Shown here one piece after another: positions 28,353-38,158 of a stretch of DNA of 64,000 nucleotides. The position numbers and the translations under genes are program-made. How positions within the stretch are numbered: position 1 is the stretch's first letter; the number at the start of each line of letters is the position of its first letter. Under the pieces are notes generated by a model. It had not been told where the DNA came from, did not search any database, and saw nothing but the letters and a program-made list of their open reading frames with translations. The DNA comes from Candidatus Poribacteria bacterium (GTDB taxonomy: Bacteria > Poribacteria > WGA-4E > WGA-3G). The DNA is taken from assembly GCA_965205015.1 (NCBI GenBank), contig OZ242029.1:5408001-5472000 (forward strand), given 5' to 3'.

Positions 28353-29555
28353 TTAACTGTTTCGACCCTTTGCTGCTTCAGCGCGCTTGCTTGAGAGCGG
28401 GTGCATAATACCGGCACCGGGGGGCCAGACCCCTGGATCCGCTTTGATCCATTCACACAACTTCTGAGCATGGGGTGTCAAGGTTTCCCAAATTTCGTGC
28501 GGCATGATTCTGCTGAAACCGTGTTGTGAACGCCACGGTGCGGCGTACTCAACGTTTGGTAGTGCGCGAATTTCTCTTGAGAGGTTCGGGGTTGCACCGT
28601 GCCACGCGCGGTTATCCCGGAACACACCGGAACCAGCCGTCGCACCGACGAGTGTTGAGTGTTTCATCCAATCGGGTTCATCGCCGGGAGGTGGCGGGTT
28701 CTGCTGCAGTGTGTGTGACCCCGGAATTTGGCGGATGGGACCGTTTTCCCACGTCAGATCACACATGATGAAGTTAATCGTTACGGTCGGCGGGGTCATC
28801 TCCATTATCATCTTTTGTGATGGGACATCAAGGTTTCCGTTATCATCTCTATGGAGTTGAATGCCGAGGCGTTCCGCTTGCCTGATACGTGCTTCAGTAA
28901 GATGCTGTGAATCCCTACCATCGGAATGCAAGTGTTGGTACTCGACTGCGCCGGGGAGGCAGAGGTCGCCGCCTGAACCCCAGACACGGTAATCTGACGA
29001 ACCGAAGATTTCTTTAACAATAGGGGTTGTCGTCGGCAGATCTATCATGCTTGCCCAGGCGTGGTGGTGTAGCATCTGTCGTGAAGCCGAAGAGGTGCCG
29101 TAGCTATAGCGGTGTGGCAACCGTCCGGTTTCGGTTATATATTTTCTGTTCCCAGGTCCCGGTATGGAGAGGATATCGCGTAGGGCTTCAGCGCAACCCG
29201 CTCTCCAGCGTGCGAGTTGCTCGGCGTTAAGCAGGTCTTTGACGACAGCGAAACCATCGCGATGGAAGATTCGAGCGATTTTCTTGGTTTCGTGAGGTTC
29301 ACAGATCTCGAGTCCGCGGATACCGTTGTGCTGACGTAACTTTTCCCGTAGTGTGTTAACCTCTGGATCGTCGTAAACACGGCGTTTTGGCGAGTTGGGG
29401 TCTGCTACGCCGAACCCTCTTTCGCCGGGGAAGAGATTTCCTTGCGCGTCAACGGTTTCATTGATGGGTGTATTCTCATCCCACCCGACCCGTGTTTCAC
29501 CATAGACTTCCATCTCTTCCAGTTCTGCGGTGAAGGTCCGTCCGTTGTTACTCAT
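28353..29555 (-). CDS. PhyH family dioxygenase
   Basis: YQHLHSD, NGPIRQIPGSH, RDNRAWHGATPN...R. Confidence 0.85.
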   Translation of the reverse strand: MSNNGRTFTAELEEMEVYGETRVGWDENTPINETVDAQGNLFPGERGFGVADPNSPKRRVYDDPEVNTLREKLRQHNGIRGLEICEPHETKKIARIFHRDGFAVVKDLLNAEQLARWRAGCAEALRDILSIPGPGNRKYITETGRLPHRYSYGTSSASRQMLHHHAWASMIDLPTTTPIVKEIFGSSDYRVWGSGGDLCLPGAVEYQHLHSDGRDSQHLTEARIRQAERLGIQLHRDDNGNLDVPSQKMIMEMTPPTVTINFIMCDLTWENGPIRQIPGSHTLQQNPPPPGDEPDWMKHSTLVGATAGSGVFRDNRAWHGATPNLSREIRALPNVEYAAPWRSQHGFSRIMPHEIWETLTPHAQKLCEWIKADPGVWPPGAGIMHPLSSKRAEAAKGRNS

Positions 29556-29893
29556 AGCTCTAACTCCTTACTCCCACCTACTGCAAGTGATGGGAAAATA
29601 TTGTTTTTTCGGGGTAAGCAACGCATATAGATACGACTCTGAAATTGGATATAAATGTATCACAATTGTATTTTTTTAGCAAGACGGGATAATTTACACA
29701 ATAAATCCAACTTTGGCACCTTCGGGTAAATTCCACGTTGTATAGTCTTGGCTGAAACCTATCGGTAGATACGTGGTTGAAAACAGGATAAACGTGAAAA
29801 AAATCGCAATTAACTTCGTTTTCACGGCGAGTTTCTCCTTTAGATTGCGTTCAAGTTGTGGACGATTATTGTGCGCGGGTGTCAGTGCGAAAA

Positions 29894-31390
29894 TCAGTCA
29901 GTAAACCAGAAGGCATAAAGTTGTGCCTCGAGCAGAGAAAAGCGAAGGCGCACGGTTCTACCGTGAAGTTCAGAGAAATCCGTCTTCTCCTTCCAGCGCA
30001 TCGGTTCGTCAATACTATCAATCATTGCCGGGATACTCTCGTCGAAGGTGTATCCTGGCAGAGGCCGTCCGTCATCGGCATTGAGGACCTCTACCTTAAC
30101 CCTGCCGCGCCAGGAATCCACATTGACACGCAGTTCTTTGGCTTCCACTACGACAGGCTTGGTCAGTACCGAACCCCATTCAATCCCTCCTTTGAGCGAC
30201 ACAAAACCGTCAACGCGAAGTTTTGCGAGTGACATGGCGAGATTATCAAGGTATTTTCTGTTCATCACATCTACCAGTGACTGGCTGCGGTGTCGAACGC
30301 CGAGATAGTAAAACCATAGTTCATTGTTGCGTCTGAGTGGTCCGTTGACGACCGAGATTTGCCCCGTATCGTAAGCACTGCCATCCCCAACAGGCGATAA
30401 CTCGATAAATGGTGTGCGGTTCGCGACCCGCTCCCACTGTCGTAGATCTCGACTCGAGGCTAATTCTACTGACTTGCGACTGTCTACGTTTTCATAGAGT
30501 GGCGGATGCTTCCCCGTCCAGTGGTGCATCACAGGTAGTCCGAGATACAACCCTTCATAGCGAAACACGGGAAAATTGTAAACGTCGGTGCGCCATTCCT
30601 CAGGTCGGTTGTATATCGGAGTAAGATAATCGGGATCCTCAATAAATTTTCGGATCCGTTCCTCCCCGTTCTCCTGATCAATCTGGTCGGCATGAAAAAT
30701 CAGTTCCAACCCGCTCCAGTTTTCAAAATCCTCACTGGTGCTCAAACAGAAGCTGCGTCCGTAAGGCGATCTACCATCGGGTCCAGCGTGCTTGACGGTC
30801 GCGATAAACAATCCATTTTCTTCGTCATAACCGAAGTGCGCCTCGTCCGAGCTTGGAACAAGTGGCACATCAAGATATGTCCAGTGAAGACAGTCTGGGG
30901 AGATGGCTGGTGTCAGTCCACCGCCTTTTCCCCATCCCATCCCTTTGTAGCGACGCTGTTCGTCAGGGTCATGGGGGTCGTAGATCGGTCCCAGAGGGAC
31001 GCCTGTAGGTAAGATGTTGTTCTCCGTGCCAATTGGGGTTCCCCGCCATGTAAGGGCATCGTAATCGTGAAACCCCAGAGACGGTTTCTCCCAGTTCACA
31101 CCATCTTCCGAAGTCGCATAGCAGATAAAGCTTTTCCCATCCATCGGTGCACCCGTCATGTCGAGCTTGACCTCCGGACTGTCTGCCTCTGAACTGGCAT
31201 AGTAGAGTGTTTTGTATACCGCTTCATCCGGCACCCACGCAGGGGTTGTCCACATCATAATGCCGCAGTTCTCCCAGCGATGCTCAGCCCGAAGCACGAC
31301 ATTCTTCTCGAATTTTTGCAGTGGGTGTAGTTTCCGGGCGAGATTGTCGATTTCCTCAACAATATGGTCATCGATGAATAACGCTTTCAT
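29894..31390 (-). CDS. beta-propeller glycoside-hydrolase-like protein
   Basis: Asp-box-like repeats (YATSEDGVNWEKP, STSEDFENW, SSRDLRQW) and C-terminal LRVDGFVSL. Confidence 0.65.
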   Translation of the reverse strand: MKALFIDDHIVEEIDNLARKLHPLQKFEKNVVLRAEHRWENCGIMMWTTPAWVPDEAVYKTLYYASSEADSPEVKLDMTGAPMDGKSFICYATSEDGVNWEKPSLGFHDYDALTWRGTPIGTENNILPTGVPLGPIYDPHDPDEQRRYKGMGWGKGGGLTPAISPDCLHWTYLDVPLVPSSDEAHFGYDEENGLFIATVKHAGPDGRSPYGRSFCLSTSEDFENWSGLELIFHADQIDQENGEERIRKFIEDPDYLTPIYNRPEEWRTDVYNFPVFRYEGLYLGLPVMHHWTGKHPPLYENVDSRKSVELASSRDLRQWERVANRTPFIELSPVGDGSAYDTGQISVVNGPLRRNNELWFYYLGVRHRSQSLVDVMNRKYLDNLAMSLAKLRVDGFVSLKGGIEWGSVLTKPVVVEAKELRVNVDSWRGRVKVEVLNADDGRPLPGYTFDESIPAMIDSIDEPMRWKEKTDFSELHGRTVRLRFSLLEAQLYAFWFTD

Positions 31391-31411
31391 TTGGGCACCT
31401 CACATCAGAGA

Positions 31412-32413
31412 CTATATCCAACCATCTTCAATCATCAATGTCAACGGCGATTCCATCTCTTCCAGGGGTAGATGAATCCGTTGCCGTTTCCGAGAGGACT
31501 CATAGATCGCCATGAGTAGTTCGTGGGTGGCGTATCCCTGATGACCACTGGAGCGGTGTTCCCGACCTTCCTCAATAGCCTCAATCATGTCTCGCACAGG
31601 GGTGCTTTCTGACGGGAGTTCGGGTGTTACCCACTCTCCACCTGATTCTGCGGTACGGTAACGGATAGAGGGTCCACCGGGAGCAGCGAGTTCAAGCTCG
31701 CCTTCCGTTCCATAACAGTAGATGTGGTGATAACCGGAGGCGGTATCGCTGCCCGATTCAATGATCGCCCGCACATTGTCTTCGAACTTGAAGTAGCCGA
31801 TCGCGAAATCCTCGGAATGCAAGTCATATTTGGTCGGCGTGCCAATGCGTTCAATCTGACCGATCACCCAGCTTACGGGACGGTCGCCATAGACATATCG
31901 CATCAGATCAACCGTATGCGTAGCGTTATCCTTCAGGTCGCCTCCGCCACAGACCCCGTGAATGCGAAAGATATCGCCGATCACACCCGCAGCAATCATC
32001 TGTCTTGCGGCTTCATAGGGTGCGCTAAATCGTACTTGATGGTCGATCGCCAATTTCACATTGTGCTGTGAACAGGTTTCCAGCATCTCCCGCGCCTGTC
32101 CGAGGTTCTCCGCCATCGGCTTTTCTGAAAGAATCCCTTTCACACCCCGTTTCGCGACCTCAATTGCCACCGGCGCATGCAGTTTCGGACGGGTGCAAAC
32201 GGAGACTAAGTCAATCTTTTCCGTTTCGAGCATCTCAATGTAATCGGTATACTGTTTTTCGACCCCGTACTGTTCGCCGTAAGCTTTCAGTCCCTTTGGG
32301 TTAATATCCGCAATCGCCGTCAGAGAAGCCCTCGGTTCATTCACATACCATCCGGCGTGCATGTGAGAAATCCCACCGCACCCAACTATTGCAACGTTGT
32401 AGGTTTTATCCAT
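31412..32413 (-). CDS. Gfo/Idh/MocA family oxidoreductase
   Basis: IVGCGGIS, SEKPMA, HTVDLM. Confidence 0.9.
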   Translation of the reverse strand: MDKTYNVAIVGCGGISHMHAGWYVNEPRASLTAIADINPKGLKAYGEQYGVEKQYTDYIEMLETEKIDLVSVCTRPKLHAPVAIEVAKRGVKGILSEKPMAENLGQAREMLETCSQHNVKLAIDHQVRFSAPYEAARQMIAAGVIGDIFRIHGVCGGGDLKDNATHTVDLMRYVYGDRPVSWVIGQIERIGTPTKYDLHSEDFAIGYFKFEDNVRAIIESGSDTASGYHHIYCYGTEGELELAAPGGPSIRYRTAESGGEWVTPELPSESTPVRDMIEAIEEGREHRSSGHQGYATHELLMAIYESSRKRQRIHLPLEEMESPLTLMIEDGWI

Positions 32414-32425
32414 TAGAGACTCCTC

Positions 32426-33154
32426 TTATTTCTTTTTTGTTTCGTGTTCCAAGCAGGACAAAACATCATGTAGATTTGAGATGGAGTAATCTGGTTGTTC
32501 GTCTACTGTTTTTGCCCCCAACACATCTGACTTTCGGTCAATGAGAATGCTGGTCATGCCGGCGCGGTTGGCACCCACGATGTCGTTTTCAACGGTATCA
32601 CCGACGAACAGAGCCGCTTTCGGTGAAACGCCTGCGCGTTCACAAGCGACTTTGAAGATTTCAACCTTCGGTTTTCTGACACCGATTTCACCGGAAATCG
32701 TCAACGACTGGATACGCTCGCTGAGACCCAGGTGTCGGACTTTAGAAAGTTGACTGTCGGTGTGTTCATCGTGCGCACCGTTTGTAATAATGCCGACATG
32801 GTATGTATGTAACTTCTCAAGGACGGTGACGTCGTCGTAAAGCCTTAAACTCGTGAGGTAACGCGAACAGAAAAAGTCGCTTAGTTCTTCCATAACTCTA
32901 TCTATGGGTAGATCCAATTCTTTGAACAAACACTCGAAACGTGAGTCTCTCACGTCTGCCATAGCACATTTTCCGGCGTCGAGTTGCTTGAAGAGTTCCT
33001 GGTGGACTGTTTTCCATGCCTCTGTAAGCACCTCTTCTGAAATAGCTGGATACTGCTGGCGCAGAAGCTGAAACATTTCTCTTTGCGCGATGCTCCATGC
33101 CGTATCGGAGTCGCAAAGTGTGCCATCAAGGTCAAAGAATACTGCTTTAATCAT
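32426..33154 (-). CDS. HAD-superfamily hydrolase
   Basis: FDLDGTL, ITNG, KP, VGDTVENDIVGA. Confidence 0.9.
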   Translation of the reverse strand: MIKAVFFDLDGTLCDSDTAWSIAQREMFQLLRQQYPAISEEVLTEAWKTVHQELFKQLDAGKCAMADVRDSRFECLFKELDLPIDRVMEELSDFFCSRYLTSLRLYDDVTVLEKLHTYHVGIITNGAHDEHTDSQLSKVRHLGLSERIQSLTISGEIGVRKPKVEIFKVACERAGVSPKAALFVGDTVENDIVGANRAGMTSILIDRKSDVLGAKTVDEQPDYSISNLHDVLSCLEHETKKK

Positions 33155-34061
33155 TTACGTTGCTGCCTTCCAGGAATTCGAGTAGAATTTTCTCGCTGAT
33201 TGCATCCAATGCGCCGTGTCCCTCGTTGACGACTTTATAGTGAATCACGTCACCATTGAGGTAACTGAAGATTTCCACATTGCCATCGATTCTGGTAGGG
33301 TTGGATAATTTCTCTCCGCCGTATCCCAGCTGCCTCGCCCAGAGAAAAATCGATTCTTCGGCATCAACAAAACCCAACGTGCCGTCCTTGGCAGGAATGT
33401 ATTTTGAAGGACCCCCGCGGTAAGGGACAAGATCATCAGTGGTGCCCGAGATATTTATGAGACGTTTGCCGGTCATCGGTGTTGCTACAACTTGATAATT
33501 GTTGTCCGCGCCTTTGGCTTTGAAATTCTTCCCATCGTGCTGATATACATTCAATGGACTGACTGCGGTCACATAATTCCGAAGATTCGGTAGCTTGCTT
33601 TCGATCGCTAACTGGTTCACTAAAGCAGCGCCATTTGAGTTCCCCATGACGCTGAAATTGTCCTCCTGAATGTTGTCGTATGTGGATAGTTTTTTTACAA
33701 TCGCCTCGATGAATCCGAGGTCATCTGCCTTGGAATGCTCCGACACGATGTTCCAACCGGTCTTGTATCCGTTGGCAAACACCATGACGTACCTGGTTGC
33801 TATCGTCGTGTACCGCCGCATGAATTCATTCATCGCTCCTTTCGCATTTCCACCATGGCCATGCAAAAAGATGAAAACTGGGAACTTTTGTTCATCTGCA
33901 CTTTCAGGAACGCTGACATAATATGGACGCTTAAACGCTGTCTCTTGTGTCCACGACTGCGTGATATAATATGCCCCAGATTTTAGTTGTTCTGCAGCAT
34001 TCACGATCGGAATGCCACCTGCTGTCAAGACAGTAGTCAATATCAACATGAGGCGCTTCAC
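33147..34061 (-). CDS. secreted alpha/beta hydrolase (esterase/PHB-depolymerase-like)
   Basis: FLHGHGG, nucleophile motif GNSNG, GTTDDLVP, GH. GTG start after GGAGG. Confidence 0.75.
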   Translation of the reverse strand: MKRLMLILTTVLTAGGIPIVNAAEQLKSGAYYITQSWTQETAFKRPYYVSVPESADEQKFPVFIFLHGHGGNAKGAMNEFMRRYTTIATRYVMVFANGYKTGWNIVSEHSKADDLGFIEAIVKKLSTYDNIQEDNFSVMGNSNGAALVNQLAIESKLPNLRNYVTAVSPLNVYQHDGKNFKAKGADNNYQVVATPMTGKRLINISGTTDDLVPYRGGPSKYIPAKDGTLGFVDAEESIFLWARQLGYGGEKLSNPTRIDGNVEIFSYLNGDVIHYKVVNEGHGALDAISEKILLEFLEGSNVND

Positions 34062-34180
34062 TATATCCCCTCCAAAGGTCCCGAAAAATTGTAAAAAAGA
34101 ATTCACTAAGCGATTCGATCTCTAAGCCACCCCAAAGATGTAAACCAATCCAAGGACCCCACATCCAGGCAGCAGCATCA

Positions 34181-34603
34181 CTATCTAAATACCCAGAATA
34201 TGTAAACCAACCCAAGTACTGCCCAAATGCCTGCAGCTATTTTCATGACACGGCTTGTCCATCCTGCTTTTGTGAAGTGAAAGGTAATATGATTGAATAG
34301 TAGCATCAATGCAACTACCAGATTGACATTAAGGTAGTCGTTAGAGCCAAAATTTTTCCACCTAAGCAATTGAAACACATTGAAGGCAAGCAGGCAGAGA
34401 ATAATCGCAAGCATACCATATTTCCAGAGATAGTTTAGCCCAAACTTACGGACACCCCCCGTTTCTGCGAATGCGGCTTCTAAAGTTTCCGGTAGGTCGG
34501 GATTCATTTTCCGGAGTGTTTGTTGGCGTTTTTGAAACTTGTCAATTTTTCCCTCAAGCTGCTTCTTCTCAGCGTCGGTTAGTTGTCTCATAAAAATTAC
34601 CAC
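34181..34603 (-). CDS. hypothetical membrane protein
   Basis: 140 aa with three C-terminal hydrophobic segments, in an operon-like position. Confidence 0.55.
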   Translation of the reverse strand: MVIFMRQLTDAEKKQLEGKIDKFQKRQQTLRKMNPDLPETLEAAFAETGGVRKFGLNYLWKYGMLAIILCLLAFNVFQLLRWKNFGSNDYLNVNLVVALMLLFNHITFHFTKAGWTSRVMKIAAGIWAVLGLVYIFWVFR

Positions 34604-35100
34604 TCTTTCGATGATTTAAGAGGCATGACAAAAGCTAAACACTTTTCATCGCGTTCCATCGGTTCCACGGCAAACCCCATAGAGAGTTTGAGATGATGGT
34701 TTTCAGGGTGATTCTCACCGCTGACGGATCGCACTTGGTAGCAGTCGTACAATTTTGCTTGCCGGATAGTGTATTCCTGTAGTGCGGTGCCGATGCCTTG
34801 CCGTTGGTATTCTTTCTTCACGCCAAACGCGAGGATTTTCGCCTCCCTCAACGTTTTTCCTTGTATCTGAAGGGGTGGGTGATCGCGGTCGTGGGGACCG
34901 ATGTCCCACACCACAAACATGAGAAATCCAACAATCGTCCCCTCCTGTTTCGCCGCCAAAAAATAGCGTGAAAACCGCTCAAAATAGGGATTAAATGCCC
35001 AGCCTTCTTGGTTTAAGTTCTTGACGAGCGCGACAAATTCCTGCCAATCCGGATGGTCGGGTGTGAGTTCTTCAATGGAAAAGTGACGTCGCTTGTTCAT
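34597..35100 (-). CDS. GNAT family N-acetyltransferase
   Basis: FGVKKEYQRQGIGTAL acetyl-CoA motif. Confidence 0.85.
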   Translation of the reverse strand: MNKRRHFSIEELTPDHPDWQEFVALVKNLNQEGWAFNPYFERFSRYFLAAKQEGTIVGFLMFVVWDIGPHDRDHPPLQIQGKTLREAKILAFGVKKEYQRQGIGTALQEYTIRQAKLYDCYQVRSVSGENHPENHHLKLSMGFAVEPMERDEKCLAFVMPLKSSKEW

Positions 35101-35241
35101 TATACGCTTTATTTCTTCAGAAAGGCAAGGTCAGATGAAGATTCAGAATTTAACTCGGTCCTGTAGGCGTTAATTGTTCTGAATCAGGATTTCCAGGATT
35201 CAAGGATTTTCAGGATGGGATGTCTTCCTTAAGAGATGTCC

Positions 35242-36015
35242 CTACGGCGAAACTTTTATTGCTCCCCAGGTGAGTGTTAATTTCTGGGTCGGTTCGACAG
35301 CAAGTCCCTCCGCTTCAAGGTTCTGTTCAACCTCTGCTTGGCTGAGACCGCGGTTGTAGAGGCGAAGTTCGTCAAGAATGCCGTGGTAAGGCAGACCATC
35401 CGATTTTCTGGCACCCATCCAGAAGTTCTCTCCGTTATGTTTGAGGACCCCCTCGAACTTTTTTTCATTATCTACTTCACCATTGATATAAATAATGGCT
35501 TCGGAACCGTCGTAAACGCCAGCGATGTGATGCCATTTACCGACATCGGGCTGCGCTACGCTGTGAAAGGGCCACGTCTCTAAGGCACCGTTCCAGAGAT
35601 TAAAATCGACCCGAGTTTGGTCCGACCACGCAATCACATAAGAGTTATTTCCCGACCTGGATATGCCAGCGAAAATCGCCCACCCAGGTTTTTCAGGCTT
35701 TATCCACGCCTCCAACGTAATCTGATCGCCGATATCGGTTAAACTCTTATCTGCTCCACAATCCACATGCCCGCCACTAAACTTGAGTGCCTCACCGACT
35801 TTACCGTCAACGACCTCAACATTTCCGTCCATGGTTCCATCGTTTACCCCGAAAATGTCTTCAACCGTTTTCCCTGCGACTGAATCCTTATTGAACGACC
35901 AGTAACTCACCAGCCCGTCGGTAACTGCCTGACGGGCGTGGGCTGCATTTGTAGCCATTAAAACGACCATTATAATGGCTATAACAATTAGTTGTCTCAG
36001 AGTTCTGTTAATCAT
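35242..36015 (-). CDS. secreted LamG-like jellyroll domain protein
   Basis: Signal peptide, LVSYWSFN, WHHIAGVYDG, DELRLYNRGL, and C-terminal AVEPTQKLTLTWGAIK. Confidence 0.88.
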   Translation of the reverse strand: MINRTLRQLIVIAIIMVVLMATNAAHARQAVTDGLVSYWSFNKDSVAGKTVEDIFGVNDGTMDGNVEVVDGKVGEALKFSGGHVDCGADKSLTDIGDQITLEAWIKPEKPGWAIFAGISRSGNNSYVIAWSDQTRVDFNLWNGALETWPFHSVAQPDVGKWHHIAGVYDGSEAIIYINGEVDNEKKFEGVLKHNGENFWMGARKSDGLPYHGILDELRLYNRGLSQAEVEQNLEAEGLAVEPTQKLTLTWGAIKVSP

Positions 36016-36242
36016 TTGGTCCTACCCTCCATTTCAGAATATTAGATCCCCTTCGGTAAGATTAGTTCCGTAATTTACCTAAGTTGCTCTGTTTCCTTAT
36101 CATGGTCACAACACGGGTTCAATTGATACAAGAAACCTCTATAGACCTATAGTACTAATGAAGATCGAGAATTTAATCGAGTAATGCGCGATGTTAATTG
36201 TTTGAATCAGGATTCACAGGATTAAAGGATTTGCGGGAATGC

Positions 36243-36315
36243 GGATAGACACAAGACCCATCTCTCGGGTAGGCACAAGACCCATCTCTCGGGTAGGCAC
36301 AAGACCTACCCCAAC
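36243..36315. repeat. three tandem REP-like units (24-bp period)
   Basis: GGGTAGGCACAAGACCCATCTCTC variants, same family as 4679-4790. Confidence 0.8.
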
Positions 36316-36350
36316 AGCAGAGACGGACTCCCTGACTGCTAACAGCCAAT

Positions 36351-36728
36351 TTAGCCATCGTATTCGACGACGACATCATCACCGTCAATCTTGACTGGGT
36401 ACGTCGCCACTCGCAAGGTTTCATCGACGAGGCACCGTCCGGTGGCAATGTCAAACGTCCATTGATGCCACGGACAGCGCAGCACCTCGCCTAAACTATC
36501 AACAGAGAGCGTCGCCCCTTGAATTGAAGGCGGGGCATCGGCGGCGAACCTGCCGCTGAGTTCACCTGTGCAGAGCGGTCCCCGTCTGTGTGGACAGATG
36601 TTACGAATGGCGTAAAATTTGCCATCAACATTAAAGACCCCAATGCCCGCCTTCCCACGGAACGGGACGATGATTTTGCGTTTCCCCGGTGGAATCTCTG
36701 ATACTTTTCCGACGACAACACGTGCCAT
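36351..36728 (-). CDS. Rieske [2Fe-2S] ferredoxin
   Basis: CPHRRGPL...CPWHQWTF. Confidence 0.9.
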   Translation of the reverse strand: MARVVVGKVSEIPPGKRKIIVPFRGKAGIGVFNVDGKFYAIRNICPHRRGPLCTGELSGRFAADAPPSIQGATLSVDSLGEVLRCPWHQWTFDIATGRCLVDETLRVATYPVKIDGDDVVVEYDG

Positions 36729-36743
36729 ATTTTAATTTTCCCT

Positions 36744-37940
36744 TTAATTCGCTACTGGATTCTGGGATCCGTTGGTTTCCTTCACATCCAATCGAAGGAT
36801 ATCGAGGGCATTCTGGGCGAAGATACGACGGTGTAAGTCTTCTGGGAGCTTCGGGAAAACCGTTACCGGATCGTTCCAGTCGAAATGCGGGAAGTCTGAG
36901 CAGAATATCAGCGTTTCATCCGCATGGAGCATTTCTAACATCTGGTACATCTGTTCCGGCTTCTCCGGTTCATGCATCGGCTGTGACCCGATTCGGATGT
37001 GCTCACGGAAATACTCACTCGGTAACCGCTTCAGCCACGGCGTCTGATCGCGAATTGCTTTCCAATCGGTATCGAGATGCCACATCACCGGCACCGCCCA
37101 CATCTGCTGTGCTTCAATGAGCGCGAACTTGAAGTTCGGAAATTTTTCAAAGACCCCTTCGCAGATCAGCGATGTCGCGTGTGTACTGGCGACATACGGA
37201 CGACTCATCCGGGATTCTATGTAGTAAGTCGGATGCCCGACCGGCGTGGGTACGTTTCGGTTCGCACCGCCGCCACCCCCGATGTGCGATATGACAGGCA
37301 ATCCGTGTTCCTCACACGCTTCCCAGATGGGGTGATAGAAGCGGTTGCCAAAGGGACGACTCGTTCCCATGGGAACCATAACGGCGACAGTGTCCTTGCG
37401 GTGTGCAAGCCTGTTAATCTCTTCTACGGCTTGCGGTGGATCGGATGGCGAAACGAGAATGGCGTTCACAACACGCGCATCCTTCTCGAGCCAATGCTCA
37501 ATTGTCCAATCATTAAAAGCCCGACAGAGGGCAGCCCCCCAATCGGGGTCAGGAACTCCAGAGTATCCATAGAACACAGGGGGTCCCGTCAGCACGGCGA
37601 TATCGATATTCCAGACATCGAGATGCTCATCTTGCAGGAACTCCAAGGTGAAGTTGAAATCTCTGGGATCGCCGCCGGAGTTTTTAGGTGTCGATTCGAC
37701 GGCTTCTTCGACCCGTCCCCTGAGGTCTACACGATTGCTTCGAACCGGGATGTTGGGATACCCGCCGAGATGTAGCCCCTGGTCAAGGAGATGTTCTTGA
37801 TAGAATTTTGACAGGTGGGGCAACAATTGCGTAGGGTGACGGAAATTGTGGTGCACGTCACAGTCAACGATAGCGATCCCGTCTTTCGGTTTCGCAGTCC
37901 AACCGGGTGCGGTAACAGGGGTTGATCCAATTTGACGCAT
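36744..37940 (-). CDS. amidohydrolase-2 family TIM-barrel protein (possible dinuclear oxygenase)
   Basis: IVDCDVHH, YHPIWEAC, SHIGG, EGVFEKFP, SDFPHFD. Directly upstream of the Rieske gene. Confidence 0.85.
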   Translation of the reverse strand: MRQIGSTPVTAPGWTAKPKDGIAIVDCDVHHNFRHPTQLLPHLSKFYQEHLLDQGLHLGGYPNIPVRSNRVDLRGRVEEAVESTPKNSGGDPRDFNFTLEFLQDEHLDVWNIDIAVLTGPPVFYGYSGVPDPDWGAALCRAFNDWTIEHWLEKDARVVNAILVSPSDPPQAVEEINRLAHRKDTVAVMVPMGTSRPFGNRFYHPIWEACEEHGLPVISHIGGGGGANRNVPTPVGHPTYYIESRMSRPYVASTHATSLICEGVFEKFPNFKFALIEAQQMWAVPVMWHLDTDWKAIRDQTPWLKRLPSEYFREHIRIGSQPMHEPEKPEQMYQMLEMLHADETLIFCSDFPHFDWNDPVTVFPKLPEDLHRRIFAQNALDILRLDVKETNGSQNPVAN

Positions 37941-38040
37941 GCAAACGCCTCCTTTATCAGCCATCAGCCATCAGCCGTCGGCTTTCAGTAAGAATAACTG
38001 GACAGTTATCAGTTAGACGGATATGATAAGCCTAACATCT

Positions 38041-38158
38041 CTGGGCAGCCACAAGAACTGTCGCTAAACACCTCTGGGTAGCCACAAGGGCTACCCCTAC
38101 TTCTGGGCAGCCACAAGGGCTACCCCTACTTCTGGGCAGCCACAAGGGCTACCCCTAC
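38041..38158. repeat. tandem REP-like units (29-bp period)
   Basis: TCTGGGCAGCCACAAGGGCTACCCCTACT x3 plus a degenerate copy. Confidence 0.85.

Noticed and set aside
35178-35217. Short AGGATT-type ~9-mer repeats (also near 36204-36235) and ATCAGCC heptamers near 37956-37980 as iterons or operators
   Set aside because: They are degenerate simple intergenic repeats with no adjacent rep or regulator gene.
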